Part shown: in pieces, positions 22,397 through 33,215 of the stretch
Numbering within the stretch: position 1 is the first letter of the stretch
Layout: the number at the start of each line of letters is the position of its first letter
Source of the DNA: an uncultured delta proteobacterium
GTDB lineage: Bacteria > Desulfobacterota > Syntrophorhabdia > Syntrophorhabdales > WCHB1-27
Direction: 5' to 3'
NCBI GenBank assembly: GCA_963821605.1
Contig: CAWGEZ010000060.1
Location: 9,915 to 73,914, forward strand
DNA: 64,000 bases
Program-made: the position numbers and the translations under genes
Notes under the pieces: generated by a model
Seen by the model: the letters and a program-made list of their open reading frames with translations, nothing else
The model's database searches: none
Told to the model about the DNA's origin: nothing

Positions 22397-22651
22397 GGTA
22401 TACCCCCTCGGAATCTATGACCGGGATAGGAATAGGAATTGGTTTCACTAACTTACTGTAAAACGCGCCTGGATGCAAGCTCGGTGTTTAGTGAATAGTG
22501 AACAGTGTTTAGTGGAGAAAAACCTTACGAGTTACGTGTTCCGAGTTACGGGTTGAAGGCCACTGAGCTCTGCTGGTTTCATATCGACTCATAGGCCGCG
22601 ACCCGTATGCGCAACGTCTAGGTTAGCCTCGTGCCTCAAACCTTTGGCCTT

Positions 22652-23547
22652 TCACCTTTCACCTTGGTCTGTTGACTTGACCGGAATCCGCGATTCGCAG
22701 GGCACGCCCACCTGACAGAATCCGCACGCATAGGACTCAAACCCGAAATGGGAGGCAACGTACTCCTTCGTGGTGCCCGAAACGTAGGCCCTGCATTTTT
22801 CTTTGTCGTGCCCCTTTTCTCTGCTGATGGCGCCGACAGGACAGCGATCCGCGCATTTGCCGCAGGTGCCCTTGGAGAAGAACAGGCAGTAATCCTGGTG
22901 ATTCTTGTAAGGCCTTTGCGATGGCGGGATCTGGATGTGTGCCACCACGGATCCGCAGCGCATAGCTTTGCCGACAGGGGTGATAAGCCCGTCACAGAGT
23001 CCGAATGTTCCCAGGCCGGACGCGAAGGCAGCGTGCCGTTCTGACCAGGTCGAGGAAAGACCGTACCGTTCCGACATTTTTTGAGTCCAGAAAGGGGAAT
23101 CAATAGGGGCCACGGCCTCGTAACCGGCCTCCACAAGCAGTTTCCACGAGCTGCTTGCGCAACTTTGCGTTGAACTCCTCCCCGTACTTTCTCGCCCGCG
23201 CCCATCTCTCAGAAGGGTAGGTAGCCTCTTTCCTGTGGTCCCGCTTCGTTGGACTCTGCCTGGGGCAGTATCCAGCTGATCACGGTCAGTTCGTCAGGTC
23301 TCACGGTGATGGATGGGAATGTCTTCGCAAAAATTTCATGCGGCGTCAGGAAGAAGGGGCCGATATCTTCTTTCATCTGTGCATAGATCGGATCATCGCC
23401 TCGCGAGTACCCGACGAGGGGCTTACCCCACGCCGGGTCGTCGCTCTCATTCTTCAGGCTATTCTCTTTGGAGGCGACAAACCTTTCGATAAATTCCCTT
23501 ATCCATGCTGCCTTGTCATTCCCCTGCATCTTTTTCGTCATCGTCAA
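22652..23547 (-). CDS. QueG / reductive-dehalogenase-like protein with two 4Fe-4S motifs (two frameshifts)
   Basis: Three frames join: 23209..23547, a short middle piece (RKEATYPSERWARARKYGEEFNAKLRKQLVE) and 22652..23134. The last carries CGKCADRCPVGAI and CGFCQVGVPC. Confidence 0.55.
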
Positions 23548-23611
23548 CTCCTCTCCGTTTCACCGGTCCGACTATGGATCCAGACGGCATTACATTATAT
23601 CATGGAAGACT

Positions 23612-23808
23612 ATACCAGTTTGCATTCAAGATGGACGACCCAGCCTTCGGCCGGGTACCCCGGGCGGCAGTAGCGAAGCATCCTGAAGGAGCGAGCGAGC
23701 GGACCCAGGCGTACCTGGGGGTTTGTCGAGGAGGGCGATAGCTGAAGCATCCTGTTATAGGACGCTAGCGACAACGAAGGTATCAGCGACTTGAAGGCAA
23801 ACTGGTAT
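23612..23808. mobile_element. MITE-like intergenic element, family B (197 bp; 12-bp perfect and 18/19 extended terminal inverted repeats)
   Basis: ATACCAGTTTGC (23612-23623) pairs with GCAAACTGGTAT (23797-23808). The interior carries two AGCATCCTG.. words. The right end abuts the MATE stop codon. Confidence 0.55.
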
Positions 23809-25145
23809 TACGCATTGCTCAACCACACCCTGCTCGAGTACCGGCGGTAAATCAGAATGGCCTGCACAGCCTGCGACACGTTCATGGCCCACCAGACTGA
23901 GACCGGCCCGTATCCGAGCAGCACGACAAACAGATAGCAGAGCGGGATTCTCACGAGCCAGACACTCACGGCAATCCGGACGAGCACGCTTCGCGTATCG
24001 CCGGCGCCGCTCAATCCGCCCCCCAGGATCACCCCTGAAGCCATTATCGGCTCGCCGATCATGTTGATGTAAATGTACCAGACGGTTTCTTTGATAACGA
24101 TTTCATTGTGGGAGAGCAGCGGCACGACCCATCGGGCATTGAGGATCACGGCCAGTGACAGGGCTGAGACTATCCCCACGCCTATCACCATGGTCACAAG
24201 GCCGCTCTTGTATGCATCCTCCGGTTTCCGCTCTCCCAGACAGTTCCCGATAACTACCGCATTTGCCATGTTGAATGCGAAAGCAGGAAGAAAGATTGCG
24301 GATTCCAGACGGAGTCCTGTGGTGAGCGCGGCGAGCACTTCGACCCTGTGCTCCGGCAACATGCTAAGGATAAGGAACAGGGCCATGGAACCAAGTTGCC
24401 AGAGGATCTGAAGTGCACCCATGGGCCAGCCTATGGTGAACATTCTCTTAATGAGAACCTGCGAGAATCTCCTCGAGCCAGTCAGCATTACCTTGACGTA
24501 GTGGAGGTTCATAACGCTTCCTACGCAGACGGCCGATGCAGTGGCAACCGCGATGCCTCTGTAACCGAGGGGCGTCTCAAAAACGAGAAACAGATTGAGA
24601 GCGATATTGACCAGACAGACCGTGGTCATAGTCTTCAGAGAAGCTTTAATCATGCCGCAGGATCTCAGCACGCCATTACTATTGATGAGCACATAGTGGA
24701 AGACAAGGCCGGCAGCATATATCCTGATGAACGGGACGCTCAGCTCTTTGAGCTCGGGAGGGATGTTCAAAAAGCCTATGACCCATGGGGCCAGTGAATA
24801 GCCGAGTCCCGCGAGGATCACGCCTGCTGCCGCTGACGAGATCAGGGACGAAAAGACCGCCTCGCTCAGATTATCCCTATCGCCTGACGTGAATAGCCGC
24901 GAAACGACCGACACGGTCCCTACCGTGAGCGCATTCGCAATGACGATAAGAATGAAATATTGCTGGACCACGAAGCCGTAGGTGGCCTGGATATCTTTGC
25001 TTATCCGGCCTGCCACGTAGACATCCGTCATCCCCACGAGGAACTCGAAGAACATGATGAGCGTCATGGGCCAGGCCACTTTCCAACTGTGCCTGATATA
25101 AGCCTGGACGTCCTCTCGCCTCAGTAATGCCCCGACACTAAGCAT
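23808..25145 (-). CDS. MATE-family efflux transporter
   Basis: Intact 445 aa with 12 hydrophobic segments and a MATE-like N-terminus (WPMTLIMFFEFLVGMTDVYVAGR). Confidence 0.8.
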   Translation of the reverse strand: MLSVGALLRREDVQAYIRHSWKVAWPMTLIMFFEFLVGMTDVYVAGRISKDIQATYGFVVQQYFILIVIANALTVGTVSVVSRLFTSGDRDNLSEAVFSSLISSAAAGVILAGLGYSLAPWVIGFLNIPPELKELSVPFIRIYAAGLVFHYVLINSNGVLRSCGMIKASLKTMTTVCLVNIALNLFLVFETPLGYRGIAVATASAVCVGSVMNLHYVKVMLTGSRRFSQVLIKRMFTIGWPMGALQILWQLGSMALFLILSMLPEHRVEVLAALTTGLRLESAIFLPAFAFNMANAVVIGNCLGERKPEDAYKSGLVTMVIGVGIVSALSLAVILNARWVVPLLSHNEIVIKETVWYIYINMIGEPIMASGVILGGGLSGAGDTRSVLVRIAVSVWLVRIPLCYLFVVLLGYGPVSVWWAMNVSQAVQAILIYRRYSSRVWLSNA

Positions 25146-25196
25146 CTTGCTTGTGCACCTACCCTATATATATAATCACGCCGGGTTCTTCACGGC

Positions 25197-26027
25197 TCAC
25201 TGCTCCCCTGCGATGCTGTACCGCCCCTCCTGCTCTCTCACGAATCCCTCCTTCTGAAGGGCATCCAGGGCCTTCCGGGCACGTTCGATGGGTACCTGCA
25301 ACCTCTCGACTATCTCCGCATCCGTTATGTGGTGATGGGCGATGATCGCTTTGAGTACCATGCCCCGGACCTGCCGGTCCGAGCCTTTGAAGGGCGGCTG
25401 TTTCTGGTAATGGGCACTCCTTGGATTAGTGCTTCCATGCGTTTTCTTGAGCATGGTCCCGTAATCCATGAGAGCTGAGTACCACGCGCACGGGTTTTCG
25501 CGGTCGAGGGTCTGCTCCACTATGGGCAGAATCTCGTCATCCCTTACTGCGTCTCTTTCGGAAAAGAAGAAGTGGATGAATACCGTGCGTATGTTTGTCT
25601 CGATGAATACGACCGCTTTGTTAAACGCAAAAGCGAGGATAGCGCACGCGGTGTTATACCCGATGCCGGGAAGAGCCGTGAGAAAATCCACGTCCGCGCG
25701 AAGGCTCCCACGGTGCTCCTTCGTAACAACTTCGCCGATCTTTTTGAGCGATGTTGCCCGACGATTATATCCCAGGCCCTGCCACGCAGCCAGTACATCG
25801 CGCAGCGGCGCATCGGCCAGCGCCCGGAAACTGGGAAACTGCTGCACAAAAATGGGATATTTTTCAAGTACCCGCTCTACCTGCGTTTGCTGGAGCATTA
25901 TCTCGGACACGAGTATCCGGTAGGGGTCCTGCGTCTGCCTCCACGGCAGTTCTCGCCCGTGCTCGCTGTAATAGCTATAGATAGCGTTCCTGAATCTCTT
26001 AATTTCGCGAAGGGTCAACGACACCAT
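25197..26027 (-). CDS. MutY-like HhH-GPD DNA glycosylase lacking an Fe-S cluster loop; start uncertain (26027, 26078 or 26096)
   Basis: ELPWRQTQDPYRILVSEIMLQQTQVERV and LPGIGYNTA (HhH) are MutY/Nth-family motifs. I see no C-x6-C-x2-C-x5-C motif. The C-terminal ~60 aa look like a winged helix. Confidence 0.65.
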   Translation of the reverse strand: MVSLTLREIKRFRNAIYSYYSEHGRELPWRQTQDPYRILVSEIMLQQTQVERVLEKYPIFVQQFPSFRALADAPLRDVLAAWQGLGYNRRATSLKKIGEVVTKEHRGSLRADVDFLTALPGIGYNTACAILAFAFNKAVVFIETNIRTVFIHFFFSERDAVRDDEILPIVEQTLDRENPCAWYSALMDYGTMLKKTHGSTNPRSAHYQKQPPFKGSDRQVRGMVLKAIIAHHHITDAEIVERLQVPIERARKALDALQKEGFVREQEGRYSIAGEQ

Positions 26028-26155
26028 CAACGGCAATTTCGAACTTCGATGTCTCAGTCCTAAATAAAATCCGCTCATCAACACTCTCACCACCAAAACA
26101 GTCTGCGGTACAGACGCGTTGGAGCATTGCTTACCGCTTACTGCTTACTGCTCAC

Positions 26156-27179
26156 TTATTTCTGATGGGCCTTGAGGTAGTCGAGGCAGAACTTCAGCGC
26201 CTCTTCCGCCGGTAGGCCCTTCGCCTTGGCGTTCTTCACGTACTCGTCAAGCGTCGGCCTCACTTTCTCGGCCCACCGGGCGTTCTCCTCCTGTGACAAA
26301 CTGATAATCTTGTTGCCGCGCTTCAACGCAAACTCGCGCCCTTCCTTATCAATGGCGTCCCACATCTTTCCATGCTTTTTCGAGCCACTCCAGGTTGAGC
26401 TTTTCAATGATCGGTTTCACGTCATCCGGGATACTGGCCCACTTCTCTTTGTTCATAGCTATATAGAAGCAGTCTGAGTAAGAGGCGCCGAAGTCTTCAG
26501 TCGTATAGGAAACCACCTCTCCAAGCTTCCATCCATGCAGGGCCTCAATAGGACAGAATATCCCTTCAACAATACCGCGCGACAGGGCATCATAGGCTTC
26601 CGACATAGGCATGCCAACCGGCGCAGCCCCCAGTGCCACCGCAATCCGAGTCGTAACACCCGTAGTGCGGATTTTCATGCCCTTTACGTCTTCCAGCTTG
26701 TAGACTGGTTTCTTTGTGTTAAGTATGCCGGGGCCGTGGCCCTCCAGCCACATGATCTGTGTGCCCTCAAATTCTTTTGGCTTGAACTTTTTGTAAAGCT
26801 CATTTGCCAGTTTGGTCGCCTCATAACCGCTTGTGTAACCGAGAGGAAGGGTCATAACATCCGTGAGAGGGAATCTCCCCGCAGTATACGAGATAGCAGC
26901 ATAGCCGATATCGGCAATACCCTTCATCACCGAGTCATAAATCTGACCGGCCGGCGCCAGCGAGCCGGAGGGGTACATAGTGATCTTGACTCTGCCGTTG
27001 GTTCTCTTCTCAACCTCCTTTGCCCATTGGTCGAGGCTGATTGAGACACGGTGCATCGGCGTTACAAAGGTCGCAAACCTGAGGGCAATTACCTTTGCCT
27101 GCTCAGCTGCTTGAGTTGGGACACAGAGCAATAAGAAGAGCGACACTACCGCAAGTGTACATCCGACATATTTTTTCAC
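26156..27179 (-). CDS. TRAP transporter DctP-type substrate-binding protein, orphan copy (frameshift near 26400)
   Basis: 26349..27179 carries the signal peptide and DctP core. 26156..26407 carries the C-terminus. It is a paralogue of the receptor at 60569..61601. Confidence 0.75.
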
Positions 27180-27544
27180 GTTCTACCTCCCCTCTTTTTT
27201 GGGTCGACTACTTACCAAAAACCTGCCGCGCCTCACCCCACGAAGCTGCGGCCACAATAGTAGCATCGTTGTTATCGCAAGGCAAGACGACGAGCGGTTC
27301 CTGCTATAACAATCCGCGGAAACCTCTCTCTCCGGAGGCGGCAAGAAAGGTGCGGGGTGGCATCGCGGTTTCAGTTGGCTAAGCAGCTGACGCGTGCTAT
27401 ACTTGGTTATGACTCTGTCCCGGTTCGGACGATGACGACGTGGACACCTCTCTCCATCTGATGATCATGTCCCGTACGGGTTCCCTTTTTGTCTCCCTGT
27501 GACGCGACCGCTCGCGTCACGCAACTAAGAAAGAAAAGGTCACC

Positions 27545-30095
27545 ATGAATAAGAAAGGCTTAAAGCTTGTGAGGCCAAACTCTCTCCGTAAACAGGCCGA
27601 AAAGGCTTTAGCAGAGAAGCCCGGCAAGGCCCGTGCGACGAAGGTCGAGAACCTGGAGCGGCTTGTCCACGAGCTGCAGGTGCACCAGATAGAGCTGGAG
27701 ATGCAGAACGATGAACTCCGGAGGGCCCAGGAAGAGATCGCTGAATCTCAAAGCAGGTACGCGGACCTGTACGACTTTGCGCCTGTCGGCTACTTCACCC
27801 TCGATCAAAAGGGGCTTATCAAGGAAGTCAACCTCACCGGTGCCCAGTTCCTCGGCGTGGCGAGAAGGTTGCTGATCGGTAAGTCGTTTTCCCTCTTTGT
27901 TGAGCCCGAGGCTCGGGCCGTATTTGATCAACATCGGATGATGCTCATTAAGACGGGCCAGAGGCAGGCGAGTGAACTGCTCCTGAAACGGAAAGGCGGC
28001 ACCCTGTTTGTTGCCAGGCTGGAGAGTGTACCCGCCACAACCGACAAAGGGGACGCCGTCTGGCGCTCCGTTATCACTGATATCACCGAACAAAAGCGTG
28101 CCGAGTCCCAGTCCTGGCTGACCGCCATCGTGGAGTCATCAGGCGACGCCATCATCGGCCAGACGCCGGACGGCACCATCCTGAGCTGGAATCGCGGTGC
28201 AGGAAGACTTTACGGGTATGCGTCAGATGAGGCCATCGGATGCCCGATCTCCATGCTCGTTCCGCCCGCCCGTCCGGACGAGGTGCCGGAGATCCTCCGC
28301 CGGATCAGGAACGGTGAGGCCGTCAACCACTTCGAAACCGTGCGCGTGAGGAAGGACGGCACGCACGTCAATGTCTCCCTGACCATATCGCCGGTCAGGG
28401 GTGCGGAGGGTACTATCATCGGCGCGTCATCCATCGCGCGCGATATTACCGACCGGAAAAAGGTCGAGGAGGCCTTGGCAAAGGCACACGATGAGCTGGA
28501 AGTTAAGGTGGAGGAGAGGACAGCAGATCTGACCAAGGCCCTGGCGGCTCTCACCGCCGAAGCCCGGGAGCTCGACCGTGCAAAGGCGGCCCTTGAGGAA
28601 AGCGAGACGCGCTACCGCCAGATCGTTGAAACCGCCGATGAAGGCATCTGGGTCGTCGACGCTGGAAACAATACGAGCTTTGTGAACCGCAAGATGGCGG
28701 AGATGCTCGGCTACACTGTGGAGGAGATGATGGTGCAGCCGACCTTCGCGTTCATGGACGAGGAAGGACAAGCCATAGCAGAGGCGAAGATCGAGCGGCG
28801 CCGCAGGGGCGTCAAGGAGCAGTTCGATTTCACATTCCGACGCAAAGACGGCAGGAGCGTATGGACTATCGTTTCTGCGAATCCCATCCTGGATGAACAC
28901 GGAAAGTACACGGGTGCCCTCCGCATGATCACCGATATTACCAACCGGCTCGAGCTCGAGCGGCAGCTCCGCCACTCGCACAAGATGGAAGCGATCGGCA
29001 CCCTGGCCGGAGGCATCGCCCATGACTTCAATAATATCCTTGCAGCCATCATCGGGTTTACCGAGATGGCGTTGGATGATGCGCCGGAAGGCAGTCTCGT
29101 AAGGCGTAGCATGGAGCGGGTGTTCGAAGCCGGCTTGCGGGGACGGGACCTTGTTAAACGGATCCTCGCCTTCAGTCGGAAGAGCGAGCAGGAACGAAGA
29201 CAAGTGGCGCTGATCTCCCTCGTCCAGGAAACGGTGCGATTCCTCAGGGCATCGCTCCCTGCAACCATCGACATTCAGTTTGACAGCAGGAGCGAAACCG
29301 ACCTGGTGTTTGCTGACCCAACCCAGATGGAGCAGGTGCTCATGAACCTCATGACCAATGCGGCCCACGCCATGAGAGAAAAGGGAGGTATACTGGAGAT
29401 AGACATGAGCGATGCTCTGTTCTCTTCTCCCTCCGAAGTGCCCGACCCCGCCATGCAGCCGGGCCCGTACGTAAAGCTCTCGGTGCGCGACACCGGATGC
29501 GGCATGGACAAACCGGTACTGGAGAGGATATTCGACCCGTTCTTCACGACCAAAAAAACTGGGGAGGGCACGGGACTCGGCCTTTCTGTGGTACACGGCA
29601 TTGTGAAAAGCCACCAGGGAGCTATCACGGTCTCCAGTACGCCCGGAGAGGGATCCACCTTCAGCGTCTACCTGCCGAAGACTCATGCTTCCACGGCTCA
29701 GGAAAAAGCGGAGACTGCCCCGATCGAGGGGGGGCATGAGCGAATCCTCTTCGTCGATGACGAGAAGGATGTCGCGGAGACGGGGGAGGTAACACTGCGA
29801 GGTCTTGGGCTATCAGGTGACGGTGATGAGGGATGGCGCTGAGGCCCTCAGGATATTCCGTCAGGCGCCGGATCTCTTTGACCTTATAATCACTGATCAA
29901 GCCATGCCCCGTCTGACGGGGATAGACCTTGCGAAGGAGATTCTCTCGATAAGGCCCGCTATTCCCGTCATTCTCTGCACGGGACTCGGCGACAGGCCCT
30001 CTCTGGACAGGGCACAGGCAGCCGGCATACGCGGTTACATCATGAAGCCGGTCACCAGGCGAGAAATGGCAGCAGTCGGTAAGGCGGGTGCTTGA
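27545..30095 (+). CDS. Hybrid sensor histidine kinase: coiled-coil, 3 PAS, HisKA, HATPase and REC domains (frameshift near 29800)
   Basis: The H-box is HDFNNILAAIIGFTE. The N and G boxes are NLMTNAAHAM and DTGCGMD...GTGLGLS. The REC domain continues in the 29805..30095 frame after ERILFVDDE. Confidence 0.85.
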
Positions 30096-30209
30096 AGGGC
30101 ACAGGGAAGGCTCCGGGAAAAAGAAGTAGCGCGCCGAATTGAGTGGGTTGATTGTATACCCCGCACCAAAAGTCCTTGCAAATCTGATTTGCTGCGTTAT
30201 GCTGCATAC

Positions 30210-33195
30210 ATGGGGAAGGAAAAAAAGCATGTGAAGCAACAAGAAAAGGTTCAGGTGTCCCCAAAGATTAAACCCGGCACTCAGCCCACTCCCGCCCTTG
30301 TTGTCGGAATAGGGGCATCCGCGGGCGGCCTGGAAGCTTTCGAAGCCTTTTTTTCACACATGTCCCCGGGAAGCGGCATCGCGTTCGTGCTCGTTCCACA
30401 TCTCGATCCTTCTCATGCGAGCATGCTGACCCAGCTACTGGCAAGATTCACCGCGATGCCCGTCGCAGAGGCGCAAGACGAGATGCGGGTGGAACCCGAC
30501 CGCGTCTATATCATCCCCCCCAACAAGAGCATGTCGATCTTTCATGGTGCCCTCCAGTTGACTGCGCCTGAACTACCCCGAGGCCACTGGATGCCCATCG
30601 ACTTCTTCCTTCGCTCTCTGGCCGACGATCAGCAGGAGAAGGCTGTCTGTATCATTCTTTCCGGAACCGGTACCGATGGGACGCTGGGCCTAAGGGCCAT
30701 TCAAGGGGCGGGCGGTGTCTCGATCGTCCAGGAACCGGCAACCGCAAAGTATGACGGCATGCCCGCAAGCGCCATCAAAAGCGGTCTCGCCGACTTCGTG
30801 CTCTCCCCTGAAAAAATGGGTGAGCAGTTACTCACCATGAGGAAGACGATCGGCTTCAAAGCGGCTAAACCGCCCGCCGTCCCACTCACGGGGGTGACGA
30901 CAAAGATACTGATGCTCATTAAATCCCGCACCGGTCACGATTTTTCCCTCTATAAGAACAACACCATCCGGCGACGCATCGAACGAAGAATGAACCTTCA
31001 CACCATAGAGGAGCCTTCTATCTATCTCCGCTACCTACAGGAAAATCCTGCGGAAGTGAACGTTCTCTTTAAAGAGCTTTTGATTACGGTAACGAATTTC
31101 TTCAGGGAGCCCGACGCCTTCGACGTCTTGAAGAAGATAGTTCTGCCCAAGCTCCTGGAAGATAAGCCTGAGGATTACACGCTGCGCGTCTGGGTCATAG
31201 GCTGTGCAACCGGCGAAGAGGCCTATTCCCTTGCCATGGTGATCCGTGAATTCATGGACGAAGCGAACAAGGGCTTCAAGGCTCAGATCTTTGCCACCGA
31301 CATCGACGAGGACTCGATTGCGTTAGCACGAGCCGGGCTCTATCCGGCTAACATCGCGATGGATGTCTCGCCCGAGCGGCTCCGCCGCTTTTTTGTGAGA
31401 GAAGAGCAAGGATTCCAGATCAAGAAAGAGATCAGGGAGATGGTGGTCTTTGCCCTGCAGAGCGTGATCAGGGATGCCCCGTTCACGAGACTCGACCTCA
31501 TCAGTTGTCGCAATCTGCTCATATACCTGGAATCGGAGCTGCAACGACGCCTTTTCCCTCTGTTTCACTATAGCCTGAACACGCATGGCGTGCTCTTCCT
31601 CGGCTCGTCCGAGAGTATTGGCGGGTTCGCCGACCTGTTTACCCCTCTTGACAAGAAATGGAAGGTATACCAGGCCAAAGAATCCGGCGCAAGCAAGCAG
31701 GCCATAGCCGCCTTGCCATGGGCGCATGTTTACGAGCCGAAGGAGCCGGCGCGGGAGGTAGCGAGGCCCAGGGATATGAGCATTGCTGAGGTGGCACAGA
31801 AGAGCCTTCTTGATGCCTTCGCGCCTCCTTCTCTCATCGCTGACCAGAAGGGCGAAATACTCTATATCCATGGCAATACCGGAAAGTACTTGCAGCCGGC
31901 CCCCGGCTGGCCCAGTCTCAATGCTATCGAGATGTCGCGAGAGGGGCTCCAGCTGGAGCTTCGATCCGCCTTCCATGCAGCCGTGTCACACAAGAGCGAG
32001 ATGATGGTGCGAGACATCGAGGTAAAGACGGACGCAGGCACCCAGCGCATCGACCTGACGGTCAGGCCGCTGGCCTTCAAGAAGGGAACTGAGGATCTGT
32101 TCATGGTGACCTTCCAGGATATTGCTCCGGCCAAGCCGGAGAAACAGGGAAAGGGGAGGCAGAGGGCGGAAACCAGGGACAAAAGGATCGTGGAGCTGGA
32201 GCGGGAGCTTGTTTACACGCGGGAGAACCTGCAGGCCACCGTAGAGGAGCTTCAGGCATCAAACGAAGAGCTCAAGTCAACGAACGAAGAGCTGCAGTCA
32301 ACGAACGAAGAGCTGCAGTCCACCAATGAGGAGCTCGAGACGTCAAAGGAAGAGCTGCAGTCCGTAAACGAAGAGCTGGTCACGGTCAATACGGAGCTCG
32401 AATCGAAGATCGAGCTGTTGTCCAGAGCAGAAAACGACATGAAGAACCTTCTCGATAATACGAACGTGGGGACGGTCTTCCTTGACCGGCTGTTGCGCAT
32501 CCAGCGGTTTACCCCGGCAGCAACCGGGGTCATCAGCCTCATCCCTTCCGACATAGGCCGGCCACTGGCGGACATTGTTTCCCGGTTTGAAGGGCATAAC
32601 CTCTCTGCCGAGGCGGCTAAGGTGCTCGATACGCTCATCTTCAGGGAGACGGAGATACAGACGGCCGACAAGAAATGGTACCTGGTACGCATCATGCCGT
32701 ATAAAACGGCTGAGAACGTCGTCGAAGGGGTGGTCATCACCTTAACCGACATAACGCAGACGAAACTGGCTGCCGAGGAGAAGGCCCGCAGGGTCTATGC
32801 GGAGGCCGTTATCGACACGGTAAGAGAGCCGCTCCTCGTGCTCGACAACGACTTGCGGGTCGTTTCTGCGAACCGCTCCTTTTACCGGACCTTCCTCGCT
32901 CCAAAAGGAGAAACCGAAGGGCGATATCTTTACGAGATCGGTAGCCGCCAATGGGATATCCCGGCCCTTCGAAAGCTCCTTGGCGATATCCTTTCGTCTG
33001 ACACCGTGTTCGAGGATTTTGAGGTCGAACATGACTTTCCGGGCACCGGCCCGCGAAGGATGCTGCTTAATGGTCGAAAGATCATCCCTGATGGATCTGC
33101 ACCCCCGTTGATTCTCCTTGGCGATTGAAGACGTAACGGGTCAAGCGGGCCACGGAGGCCATGCAGGGTCCTACGGGCCGCAAGGGAAATCGTGA
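30210..33195 (+). CDS. CheB methylesterase - CheR methyltransferase - coiled-coil - PAS fusion protein (frameshift at 33118)
   Basis: It contains GIGASAGGLEA (CheB-like), a CheR SAM-binding region (VWVIGCATGEEAYSLA), a heptad STNEELQ coiled coil and PAS domains. The listed stop at 33128 interrupts the family-typical ILLAIEDVT, and a 1-nt shift extends the reading to 33195. Confidence 0.8.
32259..32405 (+). repeat. Seven in-frame 21-bp tandem units encoding the heptad coiled coil of the CheB-CheR fusion
   Basis: The units encode SNEELKS TNEELQS TNEELQS TNEELET SKEELQS VNEELVT VNTELES. Units 2 and 3 are identical at the DNA level. Confidence 0.8.
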
Positions 33196-33215
33196 AAAGC
33201 AGATGAGGTTTACAA

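Noticed and set aside
22636-23205. 189-aa minus-strand ORF
   Set aside because: It is an alternative frame of the QueG-like gene region. Its Arg/Pro-rich product lacks the Cys motifs that are present in the adjacent frame.
28427-29737. 436-aa minus-strand ORF (also 27608..28093 and 28711..29274)
   Set aside because: It lies entirely antisense to the hybrid histidine kinase, whose plus-strand reading contains unambiguous H, N and G boxes. The product is Arg/Gly/His-rich, typical of a shadow frame in GC-rich DNA.
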